Positions 16,914-33,401 of a stretch of 64,000 bases of DNA are shown one piece after another (within the stretch, counting starts at the first letter, position 1; the number at the start of each line of letters is the position of its first letter). Made by a program: the position numbers and the translations under genes. The DNA comes from Eledone cirrhosa (Eukaryota), in the NCBI GenBank assembly GCA_964016885.1, contig CAXHJY010001374.1, positions 9,766-73,765 on the forward strand, written 5' to 3'. The notes beneath the pieces are model-generated. The model ran no database searches. It had not been told where the DNA came from and saw only the letters and a list, made by a program, of their open reading frames with translations.

Positions 16914-17100
16914 GGCTGTGGATTGGCAGTATCGGTAGAGAGTCGGACGCCATGCTTTCCAGCATAGTTACGTCCCTTTGCGGTCTGAGTTCAAATCCCG
17001 TCGAGGTTAACTTTGCCTTTCATCCTTACGGGGTATATAAAAGAAAGTACCAGTAATGTACTAGGTAATTGCTGGCCCTGTGCCTAAAGTAGAAAAAATT
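16914..17100 (+). mobile_element. tRNA-derived SINE with Meta-like central domain
   Basis: A box TGGCAGTATCGG, B box GAGTTCAAATCC, and conserved GAGGTTAACTTTGCCTTTCATCCTTACGGGGT...AGTACCAG. Multiple copies in the window. Confidence 0.8.
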
Positions 17101-17275
17101 ATTTATGTATATTATATATACATATTATATTTATATATATATATATATTATATATCTATATTATATGATTATATATTATATATATATATATTATATATAT
17201 ATATATATTATATATATATATATTATATATATATATATGTTATATATATATATTATATATTTATATTATATATAT

Positions 17276-17307
<32 letters not shown>

Positions 17308-17722
17308 ATATTATATATATATATAGATTATATATATATTATATATATATATATATTATATATATATTATAAATATATATATACTATATATATATATTAT
17401 ATATATATATTATATATATATATATTATATATATATATTATTTATTATATATATATATTATATATATTTATATATTATATATATATTATATATATGTATT
17501 ATATATATATATTATTTATTATATATATATTATATATATATATATTATATATATATATTATATACTTATATTATATATATATATTATATATATATATATA
17601 TATTATATATATATATTATATTATATGTATATATATATATTATGTATATATTATATGTATATACATTATATATATATATATATATATTATATATATTATG
17701 TATATATTATATGTATATACAT

Positions 17723-17756
<34 letters not shown>

Positions 17757-18034
17757 ATGTATATATATACATACATAAATATATGTATATATATATATAT
17801 ATATTATGTATATATTATATGTATATACATTATATATATATATATTATAGATATATGTATATATGCATACATAAATATATATACATTCATATATTTCCGC
17901 GTCGATCTCTACATATGAAAAACATATACATATTTATATTCCATATGTATAGATAAGGGCGGTCAATATGCATGTATATATATTTCTGTATGTATGTATA
18001 TATGTATATGTATGTATATATATCTATATACATA

Positions 18035-18212
<178 letters not shown>

Positions 18213-18530
18213 TATACACACATATATATATTAATATATATATATATATATATACACACTCACACATATACATATATATATATTATTAAGCTATAGTAAA
18301 ACTGAATATATCTAGTCTGGTAGATATCCCATTGCAATAAAAGTGACAGGGCTGAGTTATATGAGACAAAGGGTTACAGATGACCAGCGTATCTATTATG
18401 TAGAGAACTGTCAAGAAATATCTTACGATTGCCATACGTAAACGGTATCACTACATTCATGTTATAAACCGCTGGCTGTCAAAGTATATTAATACCCGAC
18501 ATCACGCTTACATATTTATTTATATAGATC

Positions 18531-18617
<87 letters not shown>

Positions 18618-18709
18618 ATATATATATATATACATATATATGCATGTATATACGTACATAAATATCTATATATCTATCTATCTCTCTCTATATATATATA
18701 TATATATAT

Positions 18710-18898
18710 ACCGATGGAAATGTGGTAAGGAACCAGATGGACCATAACGCACCAAAGTACTCTAAACTTAGGGTAGTAGAGTGGGTAATAGGAACAAGTA
18801 TGACCCCGACGGCAGGGCTCAAGCCGTTTCGACTGCTGATTCTGGACTGAATTAGCCATCGAAATGGCTTGAGCTCTGCCGTCGGTGTCATACATGTT

Positions 18899-18903
<5 letters not shown>
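18710..18903. repeat. Short element with a ~50-bp foldback end containing an HHR 3' half
   Basis: Arms 18788-18840 and 18850-18903. Same family as 25270-25453 and ~22555-22610 (GAAACGGC...GCTGTC). Confidence 0.65.
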
Positions 18904-18932
<29 letters not shown>

Positions 18933-19165
18933 TATATATATATACAAGTATTTTATCTTTAATATCTAATGAACATATGTCAGTAACGACTACATTCTGA
19001 CTTGTTTGCTGCACATACAACCTGACAAATAAATACATATACATGTCTACCACGCTCTCTCTCTCTCTCACTCGCATACTCCCTCTCTCCCTTTCTCTTG
19101 AATTAGGTGTATAAATATACACAAACACACGTACACAAACACTAAATAGTATGTATATGTACTCT

Positions 19166-19212
<47 letters not shown>

Positions 19213-19268
19213 AAAAGAATGAAACTAAATTTCATTTCTCACTCCCAGTACGGCTGATACTTAAATGA

Positions 19269-19391
<123 letters not shown>

Positions 19392-19399
19392 CATACATG

Positions 19400-19467
<68 letters not shown>

Positions 19468-19475
19468 CATACATG

Positions 19476-19529
<54 letters not shown>

Positions 19530-19532
<3 letters not shown>

Positions 19533-19871
19533 GTATGAGTTTACCGAATATTTATTATAATCTTCGGTTTGTTTGTTTGTAAGCCAACAAACAGCTCGAA
19601 TTACGCCGTACAGTGCTGAGGCAACCATCGTCGCCCCTTAGTTCAACACTGACACAGGAACGACGTACTAGTTTCAAGCTTATTAGCTATCGACAGCCTC
19701 GTATACCCTTCTCTGGCAGAGGATTGAACGTCTGAAAGTATATACCCTCCTTCTGCACACCAACGGTTGTGCAAACTAATTTGAACACCGAGTGAGTTAG
19801 TCGGCCGGGCGCACCGAAAACGATATATGGAAAAGAATGAAACGAAATTTCATTTATCAATCTCAGTACGG

Positions 19872-19880
<9 letters not shown>
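19530..19880 (-). mobile_element. Diverged copy of the ~430-bp HHR-bearing repeat (family G)
   Basis: Homologous to 44186-44615. HHR at ~19660-19701 has the mutated core CTGTCGA. Confidence 0.7.
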
Positions 19881-19938
<58 letters not shown>

Positions 19939-20090
19939 ACGTGTTTGATTTGACGACTGAGAGATTAGAGTATTCAATACCAAAGAAGAGAGTTAATAGT
20001 CATTGTGTTAAAGCAACAAGTTTTAATCTTCTTACACTGCGGTTTCGCCTGATGTTCCTCTTTCTAAGATATATGTATATATATATAAAA

Positions 20091-20148
<58 letters not shown>

Positions 20149-20166
20149 ATATATGTATATATATAA

Positions 20167-20220
<54 letters not shown>

Positions 20221-20236
20221 ATATGTATATATATAA

Positions 20237-20295
<59 letters not shown>

Positions 20296-20306
20296 GGGGG
20301 GGGGGG

Positions 20307-20887
20307 TATATATATAAAGCTGAAGTTTTCTGTGTGTCAGTGTGTGGACAATTTTTAATGAGGGCTCATATATTCTAAACCATTCATGCGATATCTTTGA
20401 AATTATTTACATAGCTTCACCCTGCACAAAATCTGTACATGATCTACAAAGGCTTTCAAAAATCGATATTGGAGCCTTTGGAGACATTAAAAAATGTCGG
20501 TTATTTGTGTCAATTTTCGTGATTAAGTAAGACAAGAGTTATCTTTCGACAATACAATAAGAACTCATTTTTGATGTTGTCAAACATTTTGTTTTGGGAT
20601 TTTCATTATTACAATTCGGCTCATTCGCATTTTACTTTACTCTTTGTACTTGAAACAATGTATTGCTGTTGTCAAAAAAATATATACCTAGACTGGATTT
20701 TTGTTGGTACATGGGATAACAGATGACACCTAACTCTCATATTAATTATCTCACTGGGATATTGCCAAAGGTTTTCATGCTTACATAAAGTACGTTTTTC
20801 TTCTATGTATTCAAATTTACTTTGTTTAGTTTAATGTGCTACATCGAAAGCTACTTGAACTGTCCAAAGGACGGGTACTTTAGCTAG
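20307..20887 (+). mobile_element. Non-autonomous Helitron-like element
   Basis: 5' TATATATAAAGCTGA plus TG-rich tract; 3' hairpin CTGTCC-AAA-GGACGG followed by CTAG|T. Confidence 0.6.
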
Positions 20888-21491
20888 TATATATATAAAA
20901 CTGAGGATGTGTGTGTGTGTGTGTCTGTGAGTTTGAATCTCTAAAACTAGAGAAGTACCCAACCGTTTATTTTTCAAACTTTATAAGTTTATTACTTATG
21001 TTACAGGGAGTGTTATGCACATAAAGTTCAACTGTTTGAGGGCCCGCATTGGGTAAAAACTGCGTTTTTCCAGCTTTTGAGGTCTTTTTAGAGACGTTAT
21101 GTCACACTGATTTCCTTGAAATTGTAACTATGTTTTAGTCAGTCTCTTCTTCATACCATGAGCAAAGAAAATCCAACTTTTTTATGGCCTAGGGCAGGCA
21201 TTATGTGAGAAACTTCATTTTTTCAGCTTTTTAGGGCTTTTTTCAGGCGTTATGTCTAGCCGATTTTTCCCGAAATTTCAAGGCATATTATGCATATAAA
21301 ATAAATTCATTTTCTTGAACCCCTAGGGTCTACATTAAGTTAAAACCTGCATTTTTCCTGCTATATCGAGGAAAATCTTAAATATTATTCTTTACATATT
21401 GTCCAGGCATGCAGGTTTTCCACGATTAGATCTGTTGGCGGCCCGCGTTCCAAAATACCTTATCCCTTGCAACGCCGAGTACCACTGCTAG
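20888..21491 (+). mobile_element. Second, tandem non-autonomous Helitron-like element
   Basis: 5' TATATATATAAAACTGA plus (TG)n; 3' decayed hairpin CCCTTGCAACGCCGAG then CTAG|T. Confidence 0.6.
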
Positions 21492-21667
21492 TATATTATA
21501 AAGACGAGCGTATTATTTAAAGGTATACCATGCATATATATATATGAAGTGTTTCAGTAGGAAAGATATGTGCATGTAGGCGTACATGTACGTATGTATG
21601 AGTGGTTAGTCTTCTTCGTGAAACCTTTGGTAAATGAAATAATTATCTTATGTTGTTTATTACATAA

Positions 21668-21704
<37 letters not shown>

Positions 21705-22318
21705 TATCATTTGCCGTTCCTCGGAGAGAGATCCTTTTGGAAAATATGATGATTGCGTCTCTGCATACAGATACACTTTGAAACATACTGTGTTTCGGTA
21801 AATAGAGATTGATAATGAATAATAGAACTATATATATAAACTGGTATCAATATGATCATCGAAACTCTTTAAGACGCTTCACTTGTATGTCTGCAAACCA
21901 TTTCAATGACCGAAACTAATTCAGTGAGGGTTCCGATCCGTTTATATATAAATGTTTCATTTGCTTTCTTCATTGTGTGTGTGTATATTTAAAACAATAC
22001 TACACTTCATCACTTTAAACATGAAGATCACTAAGTATGGTGAACATATATTTTAAACATAGCTAGAATTGCATCTAACAGAAACAAACTTCTATTCACA
22101 GCCAGAAAATATTGAATTAGAGGTATTTATGCGATCACATATGTTTTTATCTGGTTAAAATAATTTTTGTGATTTGTGTAAGAACACTTGTAGAGAAGGG
22201 ATAGACTCTGCCAGGTTTTTATACCTGGCAGAGTAAATAGAAACGCCGTATATCCATATGGCCTCCCTACGACCCCCCACCCCCGCCCCTCGGAAATAGG
22301 GTACTATATACATACATA

Positions 22319-22349
<31 letters not shown>

Positions 22350-22504
22350 ATATATATATATATATCCAGGGAGGGTAACATCTAGTTACTGTAGGTTCAG
22401 AGTCGGACGACGTCGATACAGATGGAACCTTGAGCTGATCAACAACGAAACGCGAGTCACAAACCCGTTATTTCCTTTTCTAACACACACACACACACAC
22501 ACAC

Positions 22505-22555
<51 letters not shown>

Positions 22556-22902
22556 TCTAGAACTAGCTGTTGAAACGGCAAGAGCTCAGCTCTCGGAATC
22601 TGACTCCTTATAATTTACATATATTTCGCAAAAATTTAAATTAGAATGGTGTGTGTATGGAATTTAATCCCGGAGCTGTTAATATAACCGCTCTCACAGA
22701 CACTGTCTAACACCTAGTTGTCATTTCGTAAGAATCAAGCCATTAGATTCTTGCCACAGAAATTATTTGTCATCCATGCAAAAATTAATTCTAACACAGA
22801 CACTGTTATAGATATGCATATAAAGAAGAATGATATGATCCTGATTGAAAATAAAAGTAATATATATAAACATACACATACCGACCATAATGACAGCACA
22901 GC

Positions 22903-23335
22903 CCCGGCGGTCTGAATGGAGAAGGCGTTTCCCCGGAGGTCGGCAAGCGAGACGCGCTGGAAAAGCCACTCCAACTCGCGGAGCTCACACCTGCGGCTGG
23001 CCAGCTGAGCGCCTATGGTGGTGAGTAGGGAGGTAGCCCCGGGGCTGAGGACACCAGAAGTATCCACTGCCAAGGGTACAACCGCAAACCTGTCGGAGAA
23101 CGACCGGTATTTGAGGAGTTTAGCCTCCTCAGCCCGACGTGCAGCAGAGCCCGGGTTAATCGCAGACTGCACCAGGTTGCGGCTACTGGGAGTGTCGGTG
23201 AAAGTGGCATCCCAGACAAGGGGCTTGCTACCGCGGAACGGGAAGATGGTCATGCCATCTGGCCTTTTGCCGTCCCCTCGGTCCAACCACAGCGGCTCCA
23301 GCTGGGAATGGAAGCGTGCAGCGTCCAAGCCATGC
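22903..23335 (-). mobile_element. CRE-clade non-LTR retrotransposon 3' fragment (restriction-like endonuclease)
   Basis: LEP..LDRGDGKRPDGMTIFPF..KPLVWDAT...AEEAKLLKY...VPLAVDTSG...LFQRVSLA..RGNA; forms a GC-rich island. Confidence 0.85.
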
Positions 23336-23683
23336 TTAAATATAAACCTACCTTGAGTGTTGGTTCAAAGCTCGGATTTTCGAGCTTACTAAGCGCCGAA
23401 GAATTAAGTTTATTAGAATATGTAGGGTAGGGTGTTCCCATACAGAAAATAACTGCAATTACAGTTAGTAGCTATTAAATGGTTTATAAAATCGGATATA
23501 ACCCCCAGAGACGCTGGCAACATTTGAGGTTCTCTGGGGGCTATTTAATCGATTTTTTTAGCATCAAACTAATTGTAGATATTTTTCGGCTTCTGAGCTA
23601 TCTACATCTAGATATAGACTGATATATACAAAGTCACAGTCTTAAAGGTTCCTTCTAATATACACACAGAATATCACACACAG

Positions 23684-23737
<54 letters not shown>

Positions 23738-23834
23738 GCGCAGACACACACACACACTCGCACACGCACAGTTGCCGAGTGGTACCCTCGCGAGCGGAAA
23801 AGACCACTCGGAAGGCCTCCACAAGGATTGTGTG

Positions 23835-23865
<31 letters not shown>

Positions 23866-23916
23866 CTGTGTGTGCTTATATATATGTGTGTGTATATATA
23901 TATATGCGTGTGCGTG

Positions 23917-23957
<41 letters not shown>

Positions 23958-24363
23958 ATGTGTGTATGTGTATATATATATGAGTGTGTATGTAAATATA
24001 TGTATATATATATGTGTGTATGTATTTATACGTGTAAGTGCTGGAAGTTTAGTTTATGTGTATATATGTATATATATATATATATAATAGAAATGCTGAC
24101 ATGAATATTTCCTATGTGTAATGGTCCGTGAAACTCTAGACAACAAATAAGGTAAATATTTGTGTTTTTATATTTAATTAATCGAAACACCATTAAGTAA
24201 TGACTTTGGTTGCCATAACATATCAAAACAAACAAACACACCGAAAAAATATTTATATATACATATGTGTCTGTATATATACATTTGTATATATATATTA
24301 TTATGAATGTGTATGTATATAAATCTCTGTATATGTATATATAGGTGTGTTGTATATATATAA

Positions 24364-24396
<33 letters not shown>

Positions 24397-24699
24397 CACA
24401 CACACACATATATAAATATATACTGTATATATATATACACACACATATATATATATACACATATATATATATATATATAGAGAGAGTATATATATACACA
24501 GACACACATATATATACACATATATATATACATATATATATACACACACATATATATAAACACATATATACATATATACATATATACATATATACATATA
24601 TATGTTTATATATATATACATATATATTTGTATATATGTATTCATATATATATCTGCATATATATATATAGAGAGAGAGAGGGAGAGAGATAGAGAAAC

Positions 24700-24758
<59 letters not shown>

Positions 24759-25120
24759 CGTGCGTGCGTATGTATGTATATATCTATATGTATGCGTGTA
24801 TATATATATATAATAAATTAAAATAAATATGCATTCATATATATATATACAATCACACACGCATGCAAACACATATATATATATAACAAAATAACCATGT
24901 TGTATATGACTGATAATGATTGGTCAAAAACAACGGATTAATCACTGTGTGTGCTCAATTACTGAATAAAATTAATGAGATCTATATCAAATACATCAGA
25001 AATATTTAATAGAAAGAAAAACATAACACATCGTAACGATACATGATGTCATGCATGTTTAATTTCTTATATACATATATATACACATATATATATATAC
25101 ACACACACATATATATATAT

Positions 25121-25197
<77 letters not shown>

Positions 25198-25269
25198 TAT
25201 ATACATATATATATAATACACACACATATATATATAAACACATATATGTATATATACACATATATATAT

Positions 25270-25451
25270 ATACACATATACGTTTCGACGGCTAATTCTG
25301 GACTGAATTAGCTGAGTCCAGAATTAGCCGTCGAAACGGCTTGAGCTCAGCTGTCGGGGTCTTACTGGTTCCTATTACCCACTCTACTACCTCAAGTATT
25401 GAGTACTTTGGTGCGTTATGGTCCACCTGGTTCCTTACCACATTTCCTTCG

Positions 25452-25453
<2 letters not shown>
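25270..25453 (+). repeat. Short element with foldback 5' end and HHR 3' half
   Basis: CGTTTCGACGGCTAATTCTGGACT ... AGTCCAGAATTAGCCGTCGAAACG palindrome; same family as 18710-18903. Confidence 0.65.
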
Positions 25454-25490
<37 letters not shown>

Positions 25491-25492
<2 letters not shown>

Positions 25493-28090
25493 ACCTTGAA
25501 TAACTTTGAATAACTTTGAAATGTATTGGCCAGTATTGGCCCAGGCCATGTCTAACTTAATAGCACCACCTGGCGAAGTCTTTCAATTCATGATTTGGGC
25601 ACCATGGCCCATTCGAGAAGAGAATTACAGTTTGCGGAGACATATCCGGGTGTGGGTGGTTTGTCCGGGATTACTTGGAGGAATTTGTCCAAAGATTTCT
25701 TGAATTTTGTGTGGTCAGTTTCCTTTTTGACGTCTCCTGGTGTGATGTTGAAGAGAGCAGGGCCAATTGAGGTGAAATAATTGTGCCGTATTGTTGTTAT
25801 GAGTTGCGATTTAGATTTTTGTGTGGGACGGATAGCACGGGGCCCAAGCCTTGGGTGTATTTTGAAGGTGATGCCAACATCATTTGGAGAGTGCTGATGA
25901 AACATTTTCCACATCATGCAGATAATATAACGCTCACGGTGACGTTGGAGCGAGTAAAGTTTCAGCTTTTCTAGTAGACCCGAGTAGTAAAAGTCTGACA
26001 TGCCATCTATCCTTTTCGTGATTGCCCTTTGGGGAGCTTCAAGTTTCATGATACTTTGTTTCGTGTGGGGAGACCACAGTGCACAACAGTATTCATGGTG
26101 TGGTCGGGCAAAAGTAGAGAAGAGAAGGATAATGATGTGGGAATCTCTCGACTGGAAGGTTCTGAGGATCCAGGAACACATTCTGCGGGCCATGTCAACT
26201 TTGCTGTTTATATGTGTGGCCCAGCTTATGTTGCTGTCCACGGTTACTCCCAAGTCTCTGATGTTGTTAGATGCCACGAGAGTTTCACCGGAGGGAAGGG
26301 AGTACGGGAGTTTCAGAGCATCTTCTTTTCCAAAGTGGATCAGTTCGAATTTGTCTTCGTTCAGTACCATGTTGTTCTTTTCCGCCCATTGGGTAACAGC
26401 CAGTAGGTCTGACTGAAGGTTTATCCGGTCATCTACGCCATTGATGACCTTTTGGAGCTTGGAATCATCAGCAAAGATTCTAATGTTAGTGTGTTTGATG
26501 ATGTTAGTGATGTCATTAATATAGATGATGAAGAGAAGTGGGCCCAACACAGTGCCTTGTAGGACCCCACTACTGACTTTGGCTGGGCTGGATTTGACTC
26601 CTTCGACTACAACATTTTGGGTTCTGTTTGACAGGAAGCACTTGATCCACTGCAGCAGCTTTACAGTGACACCAATATTGGACAGCTTTCTCAGTAGAAT
26701 GTTGCGATCAACCCTGTCAAATGCCTTGCTGAAATCAAGTGATGCAGTAGCTGCGTCAGGCAATCCCTTCCATTACGGAATCCGTGATGGTTGGAGTTCT
26801 GCATATTGTTACTCTCAAGAAAGTGAGTCATTCACGATCTCACCACTCTCTCAAATACTTTATTGATATGAGAGATGAGTGAGATTGGACGGTAATTCAC
26901 GGCAAGGGATTTGTTTCCTTTTTGGAAAACTGGGACAACAGACTGGGATAGAAGGTTTTCTGGCACATATCCTGCATCCAGTGAGTTCCGCCACAGATTG
27001 GCAAGATGAGATGCAAGTTGGTGTTGACACGTCTTCAAGACACAAGCAGGGAACCTATCGGGACCTACTACTGAATTATGCTTGATTTCTTTTATTGCCG
27101 CTAAGACATCAGGGGCGCCAAACGTTATGTCCGATAAGCCCTAATGGGGGGGGGGGGGGTAACTTCGCCGATACAGCCCAGATCGGCCATATCAGGATGG
27201 CTGAAAACAGAGCAGTATTGTTTCTCTAGTATCTCACCCATGGTTTTAGCATTGTCTTGAAGAGTGCCATTTTCATCAATTAGAGGGCCAACAGTAGAGC
27301 CAGTGATTTTGTGTTTTTTTGCAAATGAAAAGAACACTTTGGGATTGAGTTTAATCTTCTCAATGGCCCCTGCCTCTTCAGCTCTTCTCTGATTGTTGAT
27401 GATAGACATCATATTGTTTTGGGGGTTATGTTTTTTAATCCCTAGTGATGAAATGGCAGTCATGTTGATGTGTTTCTGCTGACAGTATTTCAGCCTGTTG
27501 ATGTTTTTTTGTTAGTTCTCTTAATTTTCCTGATGAGCGATTTTCTATTTCTAGGGATTCTGCTCTTAGATTTGTTTATAGTTCTTAATGGGGTGTGTTT
27601 TGCACATATGTTTGTTACAGTGTCCACAAATGTCCCCCAGGACCATTTGATGTTAGTGGGTGTGTGAGTGTGCGTGAAGGACCAGTCGACATGTGCAAGA
27701 TCATGACTGATCGCTTCCCAGTTTGCATTGTGGAAATCCATAGCGTCAAACGGATGGACAGGAGAGATGACATTGGATTTGTATATTGGACGGTGGAATC
27801 TCAGATCACAGACAACCATGTCATGATCAGAGTGTAGAGTTTTTCTCCACTGCAATATTGTGGATAGTGTCAGTGTGATTGCTGAAAATTAAGTCTAGGA
27901 CGTTTTTGTGGCACCTCGTTGGTTCGAGCACCAGTTGGGACAGGAAGAAATCATCCATGAAGTCAAGAAGCTATTCCACTGCTTCCCTGTCAGAGGTTGA
28001 GGCAGAAGAACCTGGTGCCAGGCTGTTTGTGTACCAGTCAACTCCGGGGAGGTTGAATTCCCCCATCATGAAGATGTTGTCAGGGTGACA
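25491..28090 (-). mobile_element. Decayed CR1/L2-group LINE (APE + RT), 5'-truncated
   Basis: APE remnants ([22 protein letters not shown]) and RT remnants (NYRPISL, LDFSKAFDRVD, GVLQGTVLGPLLF, FADD). Multiple frameshifts and a deletion. 3' tail of three 10-bp TTCAAAGTTA units at 25491-25520. Confidence 0.9.
25588..26763 (-). pseudogene. LINE reverse transcriptase C-terminal part
   Basis: LDFSKAFD, QGTVLGP, FADDSKL, IRDLGVTVD. Confidence 0.88.
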
Positions 28091-28206
28091 CTCTTGGATG
28101 AAACTATATATATACATACACACACATATATATATGTGTGTGTATATATATGTGTGTATATATATATGTGTATATATATATATGTATATATATATATGTA
28201 TATATA

Positions 28207-28257
<51 letters not shown>

Positions 28258-28299
28258 AACACATATATATATATATCTAACATATATATATATATAACA

Positions 28300-28333
<34 letters not shown>

Positions 28334-28496
28334 GACACATATATATATACATATATATATACATATATATATGTATATATATACACATATATATATACAC
28401 ATATATATGTAGACACATATATATATATACATATATATATATACATATATATATGTATATATATATATATACACACACATATATATATATATATGT

Positions 28497-28568
<72 letters not shown>

Positions 28569-28923
28569 TTTTGCGAGGTTTTTGATATGAAATCGTGTGT
28601 CGAAAGAAATATTGTTACACTTGGGAGACTCATAGTATCCCACATTTTAAAATCTCTATATCTGTCACATTAACCAACGTTTTTCTTACTCTTACATTCT
28701 CTATTGAATTTATTACGTTTTTGCATTTTCTCAATATTAGGGTATACATGTTGAGTTTTCTCTTAGGTTAATCACTACTTTGATTAAATCTTAACCATTT
28801 AACATCTCAGGGTATGTCATGTATCATTATATTTTGTCTGATGAGGACGCATTGTTGTACCTCTGAAATATGTATAATAACATTTAATTGATCAAAAGAA
28901 CATCTATTTTATTAATATTTGTA

Positions 28924-28981
<58 letters not shown>

Positions 28982-29010
28982 ATGTTGTAGATATATTTTG
29001 TATATTTGTT

Positions 29011-29043
<33 letters not shown>

Positions 29044-30472
29044 ATATATATATATGCGTGTATATATATATATATTGTATATATATATATATGTGTGTAT
29101 ATATATATATATATTAATATATATATACACATATATATATATATGCGTGTATATACATAGAAATAGAAATAAAATAAAATGTAGACAACACGGAAGACAC
29201 AACCATAAGCACGATTCCAGCTTATCGCCTATTTGTGATATATACACATATATCGACAGTCGGTCGACTTTCTTTGATTCGTACTGAAGGAATAAGGTCT
29301 CCGTTCGTATTTCCAATTGCCAAAATTAACTCCAGGTAGAACTCATCCGGTGCAGGAATCGAACACACGGCCACGTTCCTTTCATATATATATATATGTG
29401 TGTATATATGTGTGTACGTATGTGTATGTGTACGTTGAATAATCTAACATTCAGGTTCAAGCACTTTCTCTCTCTCAACATTTGTGAAAATATATTGTTC
29501 ACTTACTAACATGACAAACTAGATTTCGAGGAATCAATGTAATTTGAATTTACATTTGTGCATTGGTATAAGTTTATTAATATGTGTGTTTCTGTCTACA
29601 CATCGCACTTTTAAAGCATATCTGACTGAATGGGAGATGAAAATATTAATTTAGAAGCAATAGATGTTTCATATACATTGAATCAAACTGCCATTCCCAT
29701 GCAGTTGTTCTCCTGGCTATAATTTACATTCTGCAATGCTATATAGTTAAGCTTAAGCCAAACCACCAACAGAGGCTGAACATACGACGTGTCTGGTCTT
29801 GTTTATTTCTCTATACAGTGTACGTTATATTTCATGAGATTGAAGATATTTGATTTCTTATATTATATAAAGGTTTTAAGGATAAGAAATTTAACTGCGA
29901 TTTAATGCATGGTAGCAAACCTTTGACACTAAAGAGTAACCAAGCTAGAGATACATCATCATATACTTACACAAACAGATACACACACATATATATATAT
30001 GTGTGTGTATGTATGTGTGTATGCATATATATATATATATACATTATATGTATATACATTATATATATATACATTATATGAATATATATATAGGTATATA
30101 TATATATATATATATACATTATATGTATGTATATATGTATGTATATATATATATACATTATATATATATGTATATATATATGTATATATATGTATATACA
30201 TTATATGTTTATATATATATAGGTATATATATATACATTATATATATATATATATATACATTGTATGTATATATATCTATATATATATATACTATATATT
30301 ATATGTATATATATATATATTATATGAATATATATATATATACACATTATATGTATATATATATATATATATACACATTATATGTATATATATACATCAT
30401 ATTTATATATATATATATAATGTATATATATATATTATATTTATATTTATATATATATATATAATGTATATA

Positions 30473-30504
<32 letters not shown>

Positions 30505-30546
30505 CCATATAATGTATATATATACATATAATGTATATATATATTA

Positions 30547-30628
<82 letters not shown>

Positions 30629-30866
30629 GTATATATATACATATAATGTATATATACATATAATGTATATATATACATAAAATGTATATATATAGATATT
30701 ATTTATATATATATATATATACAAGGTGTAAATATATACATATAATTTATATATATATACATATAATGTATATATATATATTTATATATATATATATAAT
30801 GTATATATATATATATATTATATTTATATTTATATATATATATATATAATATATATATATATATTA

Positions 30867-30911
<45 letters not shown>

Positions 30912-30951
30912 ATATAATGTGTATATATACATATAATGTTTATATATATTA

Positions 30952-31026
<75 letters not shown>

Positions 31027-31094
31027 TATATATATCCATATAATGTATATATATATATTTTATTTATATGTATATATATATATACATACAAGGG

Positions 31095-31126
<32 letters not shown>

Positions 31127-31221
31127 TTTATATATATATATACATATAGTGTATATATATACATAAAAAGTATATTATTTATATATATATACTTTATATG
31201 TATATATATATACAATATATG

Positions 31222-31286
<65 letters not shown>

Positions 31287-31489
31287 TATATATGTATATA
31301 TATACATTATATGTATATATATATATATACATTAAATGTATATATATACATTAAATGTATATATATATATACATTATATGTATATATATATATATATATA
31401 TACATGTATATACATTATTTGTATATATATATACATTATGAGTATATATATATATACATTATATGTATGTATGTATATATATATATATG

Positions 31490-31521
<32 letters not shown>

Positions 31522-31533
31522 GAATACATTATA

Positions 31534-31576
<43 letters not shown>

Positions 31577-31743
31577 TATATGTATATATATATACATTAT
31601 GAGTATATATACATAAATATATTATATGTATGTATGAATATATATACATATACATTATATGTATATATATAAATAAATCTATATGTATGTATATATATAT
31701 ACATTATATGTATAAATACATTATATGTATGTATGAATATATA

Positions 31744-31775
<32 letters not shown>

Positions 31776-32176
31776 CATTATATGTATATATAAATAAATA
31801 AATTATATGTATGTATATATATATACATTATATGTATATATATATAAATACATTATATGTATGTATATGCATATATATATATATACATTATATGTATATG
31901 TATATATAAATACATTATATGTATGTATAAATATATGTACTTTATATGTAATATATATATATTAATACAATATTTGTATGTATACATATATATATACTTT
32001 GTATGTATATATATATATATATTAATACATTATATGTATACATACACATATATATACATTATATGTATATATATATATATAAATTATATGTGTATATATA
32101 TATGCAGTATATGTATATATATATATATACATTATATGTATGTATATATATATATTCATTATATGTATGTATGAAT

Positions 32177-32357
32177 GGCGGTGAATTGGCAGTATAGGTA
32201 GAGGGTCGGATGCTATGCTTTCCAGCATAGTTACGTCCCTTTACGATTTGAGTTCAAATCCCGCCGAGGTTGACTTTGCCTTTCATCCTTACGGGGTCGA
32301 TAAAATCAAGTACCAGTAATGCACTGGTTAATTGCTGGCCTTGTTCCTAAACAATTA
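32177..32357 (+). mobile_element. tRNA-derived SINE (Meta-like domain)
   Basis: Same family as 16914-17100. Confidence 0.8.
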
Positions 32358-32807
32358 TATGTATGTATATATGTATATATATATATACATTATATGTATG
32401 TGTATATATATACACATTATATGTATGTATATATGTATATATATACATTATATGTATATATGTATATACATACATTATATGTATATATGTATATATATAT
32501 ACATTATATGTATATATATCTATATATGTATATATATATATACATTATATGTATATATATATATATATATACATTATATGTATATATATATACATATACA
32601 TTATATGTATCAATATATATACATATACATATACATATATATACATTATATGTACATATATATATATATATACATTATATGTATATCTCTATATATATAT
32701 GTATATATATATATACATTATATATATATATATATATATATATACATTATATGTATATATATATAGAGAGAAATTACATGAATCAATGTTCTGTTCAAAT
32801 CATTTAT

Positions 32808-32856
32808 TCGCTTACAATTGTTTCTTCCAAACCGAGGTTTGGGGTCTTCGGAGCAA
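32808..32856 (-). ncRNA. Hammerhead ribozyme variant with CCGAAGA core
   Basis: TTGCT-CCGAAGA-..CCAAACC TC GGTTTGG..-GAAACAATTGTA-AGCGA; second copy at 40252-40300. Confidence 0.65.
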
Positions 32857-33023
32857 TTTTTCAATGATTGTTTAAATACTTGTCCTATTTATCTTACTGG
32901 TAATAAGGTAGTAATAAATTACTGTCTTTCACTGTTTAGGATTTAAAATATATATAATTATAAAAGGTTTTAGTATATACATAACCATAAATAGTATCCT
33001 TAATACTACATATATATATGTAT

Positions 33024-33091
<68 letters not shown>

Positions 33092-33237
33092 GTATATATA
33101 TATATATATATACATTATATGTATATATGTATATATATACATACATATAATGTATGTATATATATATATATATATATACATTATATGTATATATTTATAT
33201 ATATATTATATGTATATATATATATAATATACATATA

Positions 33238-33275
<38 letters not shown>

Positions 33276-33327
33276 TATATGTATATATATATACATTATA
33301 TGTATATATATATATATACATATAATG

Positions 33328-33401
<74 letters not shown>

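Noticed and set aside
28830-28882. CTGATGA...GAAATATGTA hammerhead-like motif
   Set aside because: Stem I does not pair at the core junction; at best a decayed HHR.
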